Positions 46,112-55,982 of a DNA stretch of 64,000 nt are shown one piece after another. The position numbers and the translations under genes are program-made. The stretch covers positions 2,974-66,973 of the forward strand of contig CAYHHI010000013.1 of assembly GCA_964356335.1 (NCBI GenBank). The letters run 5' to 3'. How positions within the stretch are numbered: the stretch's first letter is position 1; the number at the start of each line of letters is the position of its first letter. A model generated the notes under the pieces. That model did not search any database. It saw only the letters and a program-made list of their open reading frames with translations, and had not been told where the DNA came from. Origin of the DNA: an uncultured bacterium. GTDB taxonomy: Bacteria; Arandabacterota; Arandabacteria; Arandabacterales; Arandabacteraceae.

Positions 46112-47871
46112 AGAAGCATTTCAGGACGGTCTTTGCCAATGATCTCCATGGCGAGCCTCCTTGTCCGGGCCGGGTCGACGGTGGTGAGGGCCTCTTCCGC
46201 AACTCTCCGGGCATCCGCATAGCTCACCGAGCGCACCATTTCCTTTACCTCGGGCACCACATAAGGGCTGGCGCTCAACTCGTCAATGCCCATTCCCAGC
46301 AACACCAACGCGCAGACGAGGTCACTGGACATCTCACCGCACAGGCCGACCCAGATGCCGGCCTCTTTTGCCTTGCAGATGGTCTCACTGATAAAGCGGA
46401 GCACGCCGAGATGTAAAGGCTCATAGAGATAGGCAACCTTCTCGTTGCCGCGGTCGGCGGCAAGCGCATACTGGATCAGGTCATTGGAACCTATGCTGAA
46501 GAAGTCAACATGCTGAGCGAGCTCCCGCGCGATCATCACTGCGGCCGGCGTCTCGATCATTATTCCGACCTCGGAGTCAGCGTCGAACTTATGGCCTTCG
46601 CCCGCAAGTTCTCGCTTTGTTTCATCGAGGACCTCGATCGCCTGAATGATCTCTTCAAGATTGGAAATCATGGGATACATTATCTTCACATTGCCGTGGA
46701 CACTTGCCCTCAGGATCGCCCGCAGCTGCGTCTTGAAGATGTCCTTCCTCGCGAGACAGAACCGAATGCCGCGCCAGCCGAGATATGGGTTCATCTCTTT
46801 CGGGCTCTCGAATTCGGAAAGAAACTTATCCCCACCCAGGTCCATGGTCCTTATTATGACGGGGTCGGGTTTCACCTTTGAGGCCACGGCCTCATAAATC
46901 CTGAGCTGTTCGTCCTCGCTGGGAAGGCCTTCCCTTCCAATGTAAATGAACTCCGTTCTGTAGAGACCGATGCCATGCGCCCCGTGTTCTAGAACCGAAT
47001 CGACCTCTTCATGAGACTCTATGTTAGCCGAGAGCATTATTGAATGGCCATCGATCGTGACCGCCGGCAGGTCCCTGAAACGGAGAAGCCCCGTGGTCAC
47101 ACTGGCGAAATGCTGAAGCTCATGGCTGTATCTGTCGATGGTTTCAGGCGAAGGCGAAACGATCACCCTTCCCCTGTTCCCGTCAACGATGACGAAGTCG
47201 TCGTCCTGCACTCTCACCGTCACGTTGTTCAAGCCAACCACGGCGGGGATCTCGAGGGACCTGGCCATTATTGCCGTGTGAGACGTCCTGCCCCCGACGT
47301 CAGTAGCAAATGCCTTCACCTTTTCTCTGCGCATCTGGGCAGTGTCAGCGGGCGAAAGGTCGTGCGCGATGACCACCACATCGGAGCCTAGATTGGACAG
47401 GTCATTGGCATCCCTGTTTGTTCCCGAAAGGTTCGAAAGCACCCTTATCCTGACGTCCCTTATGTCCGCGGCCCTGTCCTTTATGTAAACGTCCCCCTTT
47501 GCCCAGAGCAGTCTCTCATGTCTTGAGAGAACGGCGCTCAGGGCAAATTCAGCGTTGTTGCCACTGCGCACCCCCGCAATCACCTCATCGATTGACATCT
47601 TGTCTTCGAGTATCATTACGTGAGCATCGAAGATCCTTGCGTAGGACTCGCCCATCTCGTGCGCAACCTTATTTCTAACGTCCAGAAGCTGTGCCTTCGT
47701 GACCCCAAGCGCCCCCATAAGCCTCTCGATCTCACCGTCAATCTCATCGGGTGAGAGCCGCCGCCTGGGCACCCTCATGTCGGTCCGTGCAAGGACAAGC
47801 GCATTGCCCATTGCAATGCCCGGTGAGGCAGCAACGCCGTTTGCCACACCCTCCACCTTCTTGCCTGTCAA
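46108..47871 (-). CDS. ptsI: phosphoenolpyruvate-protein phosphotransferase (PTS Enzyme I)
   Basis: 587 aa; phosphohistidine domain (GGRTSHTAIMARS...) and a PEP-utilising C-terminal domain. Confidence 0.9.
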   Translation of the reverse strand: MTGKKVEGVANGVAASPGIAMGNALVLARTDMRVPRRRLSPDEIDGEIERLMGALGVTKAQLLDVRNKVAHEMGESYARIFDAHVMILEDKMSIDEVIAGVRSGNNAEFALSAVLSRHERLLWAKGDVYIKDRAADIRDVRIRVLSNLSGTNRDANDLSNLGSDVVVIAHDLSPADTAQMRREKVKAFATDVGGRTSHTAIMARSLEIPAVVGLNNVTVRVQDDDFVIVDGNRGRVIVSPSPETIDRYSHELQHFASVTTGLLRFRDLPAVTIDGHSIMLSANIESHEEVDSVLEHGAHGIGLYRTEFIYIGREGLPSEDEQLRIYEAVASKVKPDPVIIRTMDLGGDKFLSEFESPKEMNPYLGWRGIRFCLARKDIFKTQLRAILRASVHGNVKIMYPMISNLEEIIQAIEVLDETKRELAGEGHKFDADSEVGIMIETPAAVMIARELAQHVDFFSIGSNDLIQYALAADRGNEKVAYLYEPLHLGVLRFISETICKAKEAGIWVGLCGEMSSDLVCALVLLGMGIDELSASPYVVPEVKEMVRSVSYADARRVAEEALTTVDPARTRRLAMEIIGKDRPEMLL

Positions 47872-47873
47872 GT

Positions 47874-48143
47874 CTACTCCCCTTCGTTGAACTTTGCTTC
47901 GATGAGCCCAATGACGATCATCAAGGCGTCTTCTTCATCCGGTCCATCTGCTATCACGGTGAGCTCAGTCCCGATTGCAGCCTCAAGCCCAAGGACCCCC
48001 ATTATGCTTTTGGCGTCAACCTTGATGTCATTCTTGCGGATGTGAACATCCGATCGAAAGGCAGACGCCGCCTGCACAAGCAAAGCAGCGGCCCTCAGGT
48101 GAAGGCCCATCTTATTTGTTATAGTCACCTTACGCTCGACCAT
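47874..48143 (-). CDS. ptsH: phosphocarrier protein HPr
   Basis: MVERKVTITNKMGLHLRAAALLVQ with His15, and KSIMGVLGL with Ser46. The ATG at 48141-48143 is preceded by GAGGT, so the real start is there; the track ORF extends 52 codons upstream. Confidence 0.85.
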   Translation of the reverse strand: MVERKVTITNKMGLHLRAAALLVQAASAFRSDVHIRKNDIKVDAKSIMGVLGLEAAIGTELTVIADGPDEEDALMIVIGLIEAKFNEGE

Positions 48144-48341
48144 ACGTACCTCATAATGCCGAGGCCTCGCAGAAAAGTCAACCCACCATTCTCGGCCGGC
48201 CGCGACAGGCTTTCTGCGGGACCAGTTGGAACCGGGCGTTGGCTGGCGTTCGCGGGACGATCTTCGGGCCCCCCAGGGACCACCAAGCCCTCTTTTCACC
48301 CAGGGTCGAACCTGGCCCGAGGAGAGACCGAGGCGGTGTCG

Positions 48342-49316
48342 CTACTCGATATCTCTCGGAACGAAACCCACCTTGCCGGCCTGCTTCAGCCGCTCGACCA
48401 GCTTCTCGCGCAGACTGTCAGCGGCGTCGTAGCCATAGACACCAAGGATGTGGCTGAGAGCAACAACTTCGACTATGGCGCTCACACTCTTGCCGGCAAC
48501 CAGCGGTACTGCCATCGAGGGGATTCTGACGCCGAGTATCTCCACTTGCTTGCACTCAAGCCCGGATCTGTCGTAAGAAAGCCCGTCCTCACCCCATTCC
48601 TTGAGGTTGACCTCTATTTCGATGCGCTTCTGCCTGCGCAGGGCCCTTATGCCGAAGATGCTGCCTATGTCCACGAGACCGATGCCTCTCACCTCGACAT
48701 AGTTCTGAAGAGGCTCAGAGCTCCTGCCAACCAGTATACCAGGAGGCGTGGCTATCACGCGAACCAGGTCATCGGCCACGAGTCTGTGTCCGCGTTCAAC
48801 AAGGTCCAGGGCGCATTCGCTCTTGCCGATACCGCTCTTGCCTCTGAGCAATATCCCGACGCCATAGACATCAACCAGAGTCCCGTTGATACGGGTCTCG
48901 GGTGCAAGCTCAACGAGCAGATAATCGCTGAGATGCTGGACCGTTTCGGTCGGTGAAAGCGGAGTGGAGAAGAACGGCACCCGTCTCTCGACTGCGATCT
49001 CGATCAAGGGTTCAGGTAAAGCCATTGCCTGCGTGACGATCACACACGGTATCTTCTTTGTCAGAAGATCACGGAACGATCTCATACGGGCCTCGGCGTC
49101 GAGCTTTCCGAGGTAGAGCACCTCAGCCTTGCCAAGAATCTGAATCAGCTCGGAGGCAAAGCCCTCGCCGAAGCCGGCGAGCATGAGCCCGGGCCGGCCC
49201 ATATCGGCGTGCGTGACCGCAATGTCAAGGTCTATGCCCTCGGTGACGAGCTCGAGCTTGAGCTCCTCCCTGCAGTCAGCGAAAATCTTGGACACGAGTA
49301 TATGTTTTGAGTTCAC
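48342..49316 (-). CDS. hprK: HPr kinase/phosphorylase
   Basis: Walker A GKSGIGKSECALDLVERGHRLVADD and an HprK C-terminal domain; 324 aa. Confidence 0.9.
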   Translation of the reverse strand: MNSKHILVSKIFADCREELKLELVTEGIDLDIAVTHADMGRPGLMLAGFGEGFASELIQILGKAEVLYLGKLDAEARMRSFRDLLTKKIPCVIVTQAMALPEPLIEIAVERRVPFFSTPLSPTETVQHLSDYLLVELAPETRINGTLVDVYGVGILLRGKSGIGKSECALDLVERGHRLVADDLVRVIATPPGILVGRSSEPLQNYVEVRGIGLVDIGSIFGIRALRRQKRIEIEVNLKEWGEDGLSYDRSGLECKQVEILGVRIPSMAVPLVAGKSVSAIVEVVALSHILGVYGYDAADSLREKLVERLKQAGKVGFVPRDIE

Positions 49317-49327
49317 CGCTTACTCCC

Positions 49328-49690
49328 CTAGAACTCCTCCGCAAGGTCATCCGTGTCTTCAGGCTCAGTGCTGGCGACCGGTGCCGCTCCCGGCCGGCGG
49401 ACCCTTTTGTGCCTCATCTTGTCCTTCAACTTCATCACCTGGCGCTCCATCTTATCTGCGGCACCGTCGAGGGCCGCGTAGAGGTCTTCCGCACTACTTT
49501 CCGAGAAAAAGTCGAAACCCTGTCCGTGAAGGGTTATCTCGAACCTGTATATGAAACGCTCCACCCGGAGGATAACATGGCAGTCCAGCACTCCGTCAAA
49601 GTACCTTTTGAGCTTGATGAGCCGCTTCTCGATATGGTCCCTCATGCTATCCGTCAGTTCCAATGACTTCGAAGTTACTTCTATGCGCAT
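49328..49690 (-). CDS. hpf: ribosome hibernation promoting factor (HPF/RaiA, short form)
   Basis: MRIEVTSKSLELTDSMRDHIEKRLIKLKRYFD...; conserved position downstream of rpoN. Confidence 0.85.
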   Translation of the reverse strand: MRIEVTSKSLELTDSMRDHIEKRLIKLKRYFDGVLDCHVILRVERFIYRFEITLHGQGFDFFSESSAEDLYAALDGAADKMERQVMKLKDKMRHKRVRRPGAAPVASTEPEDTDDLAEEF

Positions 49691-50580
49691 GTCTGCCTCC
49701 TCAGTTTAGCCTCATGGAAGGCTGGCCTGGCACGAAAGGAGCTGCGGACGCACGGTCCACACACGGGGATAAGACCCAATTGGCGTGCGTGACGGCCGAG
49801 CTCCTCAAAGATAGCGGGATGAACGTATTCCTCAACGGGCAGATGCATCTTCGATGGGCGCATGTATTGACCCATCGTGATGATGTCACAGCCAACTTCC
49901 GCGATATGGCGTACCGCCGTTCTCACCTCCTCTATCGTTTCGCCGATTCCAAGGATAAGGCCAGACTTGACTATTACGTCTTGAAAACCACGCCGGACAT
50001 ACTCGAGTATGCCAAGCGATCTGCGGTAGGAGGCCCGGTCCCGAACTGTACCGTAAAGCCTCTCAACCGTCTCAATGTTGTGGCCAAAAACATCGATGGA
50101 GGTAGCTGCGACCTTCCGGACGGCACTGCGGTTACCTCCGAAATCCGGGGTCAGCACCTCAACCGTCGGGACCACCTCCACCTGCCGGAGCGCCCTGATG
50201 CAAGCCTCAAAATGCCGCGCGCCGCCATCCGGAAGGTCGTCCCTCGTGACAGAGGTGATTATCACATGTTCAAGGCCCATCTCGGCGGCAGCTCGTTTCA
50301 ACTTTTCGGGCTCGCCTCGGTCCAGGGGCCCGGGAGTCGCACTGGCAACATTGCAGAACCGGCAATTGCGCGTGCAATTCCTGCCCATTATTAGGAATGT
50401 GACAGCGCCTCCCTCAAAGCAATGTCTCTTGTTGGGGCATCTTGCCTCGAAGCAAACCGTGTTGAGTCCGAGATCTGAGACCCTTGATCGAACCTTGCTG
50501 AGTGAGTACGCGTCAGGGAGCCCCGACTTCAGCCACTGGGGAATCCTCCGGCCGCCGTACGTCGAAGAAACCGAATTCAT
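49681..50580 (-). CDS. lipA: lipoyl synthase
   Basis: CPNKRHC....RNCTRNCRFCNV (both LipA Cys clusters), 299 aa. Confidence 0.9.
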   Translation of the reverse strand: MNSVSSTYGGRRIPQWLKSGLPDAYSLSKVRSRVSDLGLNTVCFEARCPNKRHCFEGGAVTFLIMGRNCTRNCRFCNVASATPGPLDRGEPEKLKRAAAEMGLEHVIITSVTRDDLPDGGARHFEACIRALRQVEVVPTVEVLTPDFGGNRSAVRKVAATSIDVFGHNIETVERLYGTVRDRASYRRSLGILEYVRRGFQDVIVKSGLILGIGETIEEVRTAVRHIAEVGCDIITMGQYMRPSKMHLPVEEYVHPAIFEELGRHARQLGLIPVCGPCVRSSFRARPAFHEAKLRRQTCA

Positions 50581-50582
50581 CG

Positions 50583-52001
50583 CTAGTAGTGCTTCCTCAT
50601 CCTTGCAGGGAATATTGCAAGCAGGTCTCTGTACTTGGCGACCGTGCGGCGGGCCACGTAGAAACCTTCCCGCTTGAGAATCTCGCCAATCTCCTGATCG
50701 CTCAGGGGCTTATCTTTGTCTTCCTTGTCTATCAGTTCCTGGATTATCGCTCTGATCTTTTTCGAGGAGGCCACATCCCCACTCTCTGTCCTCAAGCCTG
50801 TCGAGAAGAAGTACTTGAGTTCGAACACGCCCCTGGGCGTCTGAACGTACTTGCTGCTAGTCACTCGGCTCACAGTGGACTCATGCATCCCCACTCTTTC
50901 GGCTATCTGCTGGAGAGTGAGGGGCCTGAGGTGCTCGACCCCTTTTTCCAAGAAGTCCATCTGAACCTCAAGGATGGCTTCCATTACCTTGACCATGGTT
51001 CTTCTCCGTTGGTCGATCGTCCTTATGAGCCATCTTGCCGAATTGAGCTTGTCAACAACGTAGTCATGGTCCTGTTTGTTTCTACCACCGGAATTGGAAA
51101 GAATATCCCTATAGGCACGATTGATTCTCAAGCGAGGAACATTCCGGTCGTTAAGCTGAACCACATAGCGATCTTCAACCTTCTCGACGATGAGGTCAGG
51201 CAGGATATACCTTGGCTCCTCAGTTGCATATCTTGTGCCCGGGCGAGGATCGAACCTCGCGACAACCTCGGCAGCGGCCTGCACCTCCTTGATAGTCTTC
51301 TTGACCTTCCTTGCGATGTCCGGGTACCGCCGCTGAAGCAGATCGTCAAGATACTCTCTCACCAGGGTTGCCGCCAGCGTGTCCGCAAGACCGGCTTGCT
51401 CCAGCTGCATGAGCAAACACTCCTTGAGATCCCGTGCCCCGACGCCGGGTGGATCAAATGTCTTGATCAGGGCAACTACCTTCGCGGCGTCGTTCTCCTC
51501 AATCGAAAGCAGTTTGGCGATCTCCTCCGCCGAAACCGTGAGGAAGCCGTTTGCGTCCAGGCTGCCGATTATGAACTCGCCTATCCGACGCTCTTCCTCC
51601 GACGCGGTCGCCATTCTGAGCTGGGATAACAGGTATTCTTCCAGGGTTGGCCTCGCCGCCGGCACCTTATCCTGGAATTCCTCCTGTTCTTCCATCTCAC
51701 CAGAGGAGCGTGCACCCATCTCAAAACCGTCCTTGAGGTAGCGGTCCCAGTCTATACTCTCCTCACTGGTCTTCAGCTCCCCCTCATCCTCACCCTCCGG
51801 CACCTCCTCGGCAGGCTCATCCTGGGCTTCGTCATCGACCTCGTCGACTTCTTCCAACATAGGATTGATCATCAGCTCGCACTTTAGTATCTGCTGGAGT
51901 TCAAGCGCCGGTACCTGGAGGAGCTTTATCGCTTGCTGCAGCTTGGGAGTCATCACCAGTCTCTGGCTCAACTCAGGTCTCATTTCCTGTCTCATGTCCA
52001 T
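50583..52001 (-). CDS. rpoN: RNA polymerase sigma-54 factor
   Basis: N-terminal Gln/Leu-rich region I, a core-binding domain and a C-terminal RpoN box (ARRTVAKYR). Confidence 0.95.
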   Translation of the reverse strand: MDMRQEMRPELSQRLVMTPKLQQAIKLLQVPALELQQILKCELMINPMLEEVDEVDDEAQDEPAEEVPEGEDEGELKTSEESIDWDRYLKDGFEMGARSSGEMEEQEEFQDKVPAARPTLEEYLLSQLRMATASEEERRIGEFIIGSLDANGFLTVSAEEIAKLLSIEENDAAKVVALIKTFDPPGVGARDLKECLLMQLEQAGLADTLAATLVREYLDDLLQRRYPDIARKVKKTIKEVQAAAEVVARFDPRPGTRYATEEPRYILPDLIVEKVEDRYVVQLNDRNVPRLRINRAYRDILSNSGGRNKQDHDYVVDKLNSARWLIRTIDQRRRTMVKVMEAILEVQMDFLEKGVEHLRPLTLQQIAERVGMHESTVSRVTSSKYVQTPRGVFELKYFFSTGLRTESGDVASSKKIRAIIQELIDKEDKDKPLSDQEIGEILKREGFYVARRTVAKYRDLLAIFPARMRKHY

Positions 52002-52027
52002 CGCTTAAACCCCCGAATCAAACTGAT

Positions 52028-52756
52028 CTAATGCAATGAAAACTTCTCGCCGAGATACGCTTCTCGTGCAATAGGATCGTTTGCCAGATCTTCTGATTTG
52101 CCTGAAACCAGGACCTTCCCCTCCAGCATTATGTATGAACGATCGGTTATCGAAAGGGTCTCCCTTACGTTGTGATCCGTAATAAGGAGGCCGAGGGCCT
52201 TCTCCTTCAATCTACCTATTATCGCTTGGATGTCCTGAACCGCTATGGGATCTATCCCCGAGAAGGGCTCATCGAGCAGCATGAAGCGCGGGTTGGTGAC
52301 AAGCGCCCTTGCGATCTCGAGCCTGCGCCGCTCGCCGCCCGAAAGGGTATAAGCCTTGGACCTCCTTAAGTTTTCTATGCCGAGGTCCTGCATCAGCATC
52401 ATGAGTCTGGAGTTCATCTCTTGCTTGTCTATGCCAAGGGTCTCAAGAATCGCCTTGATGTTGTCTTCAACGGTCAGTTTCCGGAACACCGAAGGCTCTT
52501 GCGAGAGGTAGCCTATTCCCATCCTCGCACGAACGTGCATCGGCAGATCGGTGACATCCGCATCACCAAGAAAAATCGAGCCGCTTGCGGGTCGGACAAG
52601 ACCCATGATCATATAGAAGATTGTGGTCTTCCCTGCCCCATTTTGACCAAGCAGCCCCACGATCTCTCCCTGTCTTACCTCAATCGAGATACCATCCACC
52701 ACCCTGCGGCCTCTGTAAGACTTGACCAATCCTTCTGTCCGGAGCGTCTCGGTCAT
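52028..52756 (-). CDS. lptB: LPS export ABC transporter ATP-binding protein
   Basis: Walker A GQNGAGKTT, signature LSGGERRRLEIARAL, 242 aa; sits immediately upstream of rpoN as in the canonical arrangement. Confidence 0.9.
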   Translation of the reverse strand: MTETLRTEGLVKSYRGRRVVDGISIEVRQGEIVGLLGQNGAGKTTIFYMIMGLVRPASGSIFLGDADVTDLPMHVRARMGIGYLSQEPSVFRKLTVEDNIKAILETLGIDKQEMNSRLMMLMQDLGIENLRRSKAYTLSGGERRRLEIARALVTNPRFMLLDEPFSGIDPIAVQDIQAIIGRLKEKALGLLITDHNVRETLSITDRSYIMLEGKVLVSGKSEDLANDPIAREAYLGEKFSLH

Positions 52757-53340
52757 GATCCCGTTCCTTCCGGCCTGGCCTTGGCCGGTTTGATGGTTGC
52801 TTTCATGCTCCTGAGGATCTCGAACTTGCCGAGATCGGGGTCACCTCTGAAGCCCCAGCCCGACAAGATGTCCCCATGCTTCACGACCGTAACAGAATCC
52901 TGTGAGACTATCTGGCGCGTCCGGCTCTGCCATGTGAGACTCTCAGTGCGGAGCACCACGTCGTCCGAACCGGTCACGACCACATCATGTCTTGCTTCCA
53001 TATCGTTAGTGTTGCGGTCAAGCCTTCCATCTCTGGCCGTGAGCACCGATCGTACGCTGCCCTCGTCGTCAAAAAAGGTGACCTGGATCAGCTGGGCCTC
53101 GAGCACGTTACGCTTCTCGTAAACGTAAGCTTTCTGGGCCACCATGCTCCATTCCTTCTTACCCTTGGTCGTCTCGGTTATGCTGAAGTTCGATATCACC
53201 TGGTCGGGCAGCGGTTTCTCCGTGACCTGAGAAGGGCTTCCGGCTTCCTCTTTGGCACAGGCCATAAACCCGACGGCGCATGAGACAAGAAGACCCAGAG
53301 CAAATCTCACGAATACATGTCGGAAGCAACAGATTTCCAT
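52753..53340 (-). CDS. lptC: LPS export periplasmic protein LptC-like (start codon uncertain)
   Basis: An N-terminal hydrophobic anchor and an OstA-like beta-jellyroll (NFSITETTKGKKEWSMVAQKA); the track ORF start at 53361 overlaps lpxL. Confidence 0.6.
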   Translation of the reverse strand: MEICCFRHVFVRFALGLLVSCAVGFMACAKEEAGSPSQVTEKPLPDQVISNFSITETTKGKKEWSMVAQKAYVYEKRNVLEAQLIQVTFFDDEGSVRSVLTARDGRLDRNTNDMEARHDVVVTGSDDVVLRTESLTWQSRTRQIVSQDSVTVVKHGDILSGWGFRGDPDLGKFEILRSMKATIKPAKARPEGTGS

Positions 53341-54221
53341 CGCTTGTGCATCCATACCCACTGTGAGGGCTCGGCGCGAATGAAGGTCTCCACCGCCTTA
53401 GAGCACCTCTCCACATCGTTTACCAGTGAGGCTTCTTCCCCACTCACAAAAATGGGTTCCTTGACTTCGATACGGTATTCCCCGTCTTTGGTCGCGAGCA
53501 TAGCAAGGGGAACTATGGCTGCTCCTGTCCGGGACGCTAGCTTAACCGGCCCGACAGCGGTTTTCGCCGGCCTGCCGAGGAAATCCACAAGCACACTGTC
53601 AACTGAGGTATCCTGATCGATCAAAACCCCGAGGATCTCACCCCGCTTGAGGCAGCGCAGGGCTCCCTTAAGGCCCCGGGAACGCTCGAGCACCGCGAGG
53701 CCAGCTTTTCGCCTCAGGTTCACAATGAGATTGTTGAGCCTCGCGTCCTTAAGCTCCGTGGCGAGCACATTGATGCGATAGCCCATCAGCGAAAGATAGG
53801 CTCCGAGAAGCTCCCAATTGCCAACATGTCCAGTCAGAGCTATGACACCCTTACCCCTTGCGAGAGCCCCGTCCAGGTTCTCAAGGCCAGCAACTGCAAC
53901 TATCTTCTCGATTCCCTGGGGAGTCACGCTGTTGAGCCTTGCTACATCGAAAGCGAACTTGCCGAGGTTTGCGAAGGCCTCCCGCGCAGTGCTCCTCATC
54001 TCCTTATCGGAAAAGGCACAACCGTAAATGAGCCTTAAGTTCGCAAGCGCCACCTTCCTTGATTTCCTGAGGATAAGGTAAGCCATGACTCCAAGATTGC
54101 CGAACATGGCTCTACCCGCTCGCCTCGGAAGTATTTCAGCGACAATGAACAGCATCCTGACGGCGAGGTAGACGAAGTGGTAGGCGAAAAACCTGCGAAG
54201 GCTCTTAAGCATAGCCGTCAC
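53307..54221 (-). CDS. lpxL: lipid A biosynthesis (Kdo2-lipid IVA) acyltransferase, LpxL/HtrB family
   Basis: LTGHVGNWELL (HX4E/D acyltransferase motif), 304 aa with an N-terminal TM. Confidence 0.75.
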   Translation of the reverse strand: MTAMLKSLRRFFAYHFVYLAVRMLFIVAEILPRRAGRAMFGNLGVMAYLILRKSRKVALANLRLIYGCAFSDKEMRSTAREAFANLGKFAFDVARLNSVTPQGIEKIVAVAGLENLDGALARGKGVIALTGHVGNWELLGAYLSLMGYRINVLATELKDARLNNLIVNLRRKAGLAVLERSRGLKGALRCLKRGEILGVLIDQDTSVDSVLVDFLGRPAKTAVGPVKLASRTGAAIVPLAMLATKDGEYRIEVKEPIFVSGEEASLVNDVERCSKAVETFIRAEPSQWVWMHKRWKSVASDMYS

Positions 54222-54382
54222 CGGTAGGCAAGATCGAACATTTCCTGGCTCACACCAAGATGTTAGATGAGCAGAGACCTCATGTCAAGCATGTTCTGTG
54301 CCAGATTCGCGCGATTGAGCGAGATTCGGATGTTCCGCGCGTGACGAGAACGTGTCCGCCTGAAGTCGGCCATTCTGCCTGA

Positions 54383-55423
54383 TCACGCTATGCCAGTTCT
54401 CAGGCAATCGTGCATGTGGACTATGCCGATGGGACGATCCCCCGCATCCACGACCACGAGACAAGTGATGAGCCGCTTAGGGTCTTCCTCCATCTTCTGG
54501 ATGGCCCTGGCAACAAGCGCTTCCTTTGCTATGGTTCTGGGCCGAAGGGTCATGACACTGCCGACCTTTGCTTCTCGGATATCCTTGACATCGGGGTTCC
54601 CCATGAGGATGCGCTTGATATCGCCGTCAGTGATTATCCCCGCCAGTTTCCCCTTGGCATCGACCACACCGGTCACACCCAGCTTCTTCTCGATGATCTC
54701 CACCAGAGCATCGCGCATGGTAGCATCCTCCCGCACAAGGGGAAGGCTCGGGCCACTGTGCATGATGTCTTCGACCTTGACAAGAAGCCTCTTGCCCAGC
54801 GAACCTCCAGGGTGATGAAAGGCGAAATCCTCCGGCTTTAGGCCGCGCATCACGAAGACTGCTATCGCGAGAGCATCTCCCATTGCAAGCGCACATGATG
54901 ACGATGCCGTCGGAGCCAACCCAAAGGGACAGGCTTCCTGCCTGACGCTTGCGTCGAGCACGAGATCACTCTCGCGAGCAAGATCGGATGCGGGGTCTCC
55001 GGTGATCGCAATTATCTTGGTGCCAAGCCGCTTGAATGTCGGCAGGAGTACAGCAAGCTCCTCGCTCCTGCCGCTCTTCGAGATGGCTATCACGATATCC
55101 CGCGTGCCCACCATTCCCAGGTCACCGTGCGCTGCCTCGACGGGATGCATGAAGAAGGCCGTCGTGCCTGTGCTGTTCATGGTCGCAGCGACTTTCTTTG
55201 CAACCAGACCGCTCTTGCCTATGCCTGTGACGATTACCTTGCCACCGCGTTCCATGCAGGAGACTGTCAAGGAAACTGCGTCAAGGAATTCCTTGCCCAG
55301 CCTTTCTTCGAGGCGGGCAACCTCCTCAGCTTCGATCCTTATCACGCTCTTCGCAGTCTCGAGCACATCGAGACCATTCTTGCTGTTGACGCACGCCATT
55401 GCCTGGTCTTTGTGTCTAGCCAC
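54383..55423 (-). CDS. kdsD: arabinose-5-phosphate isomerase (KpsF/GutQ family; SIS + tandem CBS)
   Basis: SIS domain (GKVIVTGIGKSG) followed by two CBS domains; 346 aa. Confidence 0.9.
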   Translation of the reverse strand: MARHKDQAMACVNSKNGLDVLETAKSVIRIEAEEVARLEERLGKEFLDAVSLTVSCMERGGKVIVTGIGKSGLVAKKVAATMNSTGTTAFFMHPVEAAHGDLGMVGTRDIVIAISKSGRSEELAVLLPTFKRLGTKIIAITGDPASDLARESDLVLDASVRQEACPFGLAPTASSSCALAMGDALAIAVFVMRGLKPEDFAFHHPGGSLGKRLLVKVEDIMHSGPSLPLVREDATMRDALVEIIEKKLGVTGVVDAKGKLAGIITDGDIKRILMGNPDVKDIREAKVGSVMTLRPRTIAKEALVARAIQKMEEDPKRLITCLVVVDAGDRPIGIVHMHDCLRTGIA

Positions 55424-55958
55424 TTCTCTCTCCCGGCTCTTGACCTGACGGATGCGCAGAAATCAATGCTTCCCACTGGCCGTTAAGCCTTAAGGCCCAC
55501 TCACACGCCTCTCGCACCGCCCCGTTGCCGCCACCAGACGAGGTCACGAATTTCGCCGCCCGCTTCACTTCATCCCTGGCATTGGCGACAGCTATCGGGA
55601 ACCCCACGTGCAGCAAGATGTCCAGGTCAGAAAAATCATCCCCGACGTAGGCTACCTCATCCGGTGACGTGCCGTATTTTGCCGTCAGAACCTTGAGACA
55701 AGCCAACTTGTTGTCAACTCCCTGGTGAACTTCCGTGATGCCAAGCTCCAGCGCCCTTCTTATGACGGCATCGCTGCGCCGCCCAGTTATCACAAAAGGC
55801 GTCAGGCCTGCTTTCCTCACCAGGGCCACGCCCATCCCGTCCTGGGCGTGAAAGCGCTTGATCTCCAGGCCCATGTCGCCATAATATATGCCGCCGTCCG
55901 TGAGGACGCCGTCAACATCCATGCCAAACATCTTGATCTTGGTGCGGCTCTCCTGCAT
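55416..55958 (-). CDS. kdsC: 3-deoxy-D-manno-octulosonate 8-phosphate phosphatase
   Basis: HAD fold: FGMDVDGVLTDG...GDDFSDL; 180 aa. Confidence 0.85.
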   Translation of the reverse strand: MQESRTKIKMFGMDVDGVLTDGGIYYGDMGLEIKRFHAQDGMGVALVRKAGLTPFVITGRRSDAVIRRALELGITEVHQGVDNKLACLKVLTAKYGTSPDEVAYVGDDFSDLDILLHVGFPIAVANARDEVKRAAKFVTSSGGGNGAVREACEWALRLNGQWEALISAHPSGQEPGERSG

Positions 55959-55982
55959 AGATACCTCTCCTGGACGATACCC

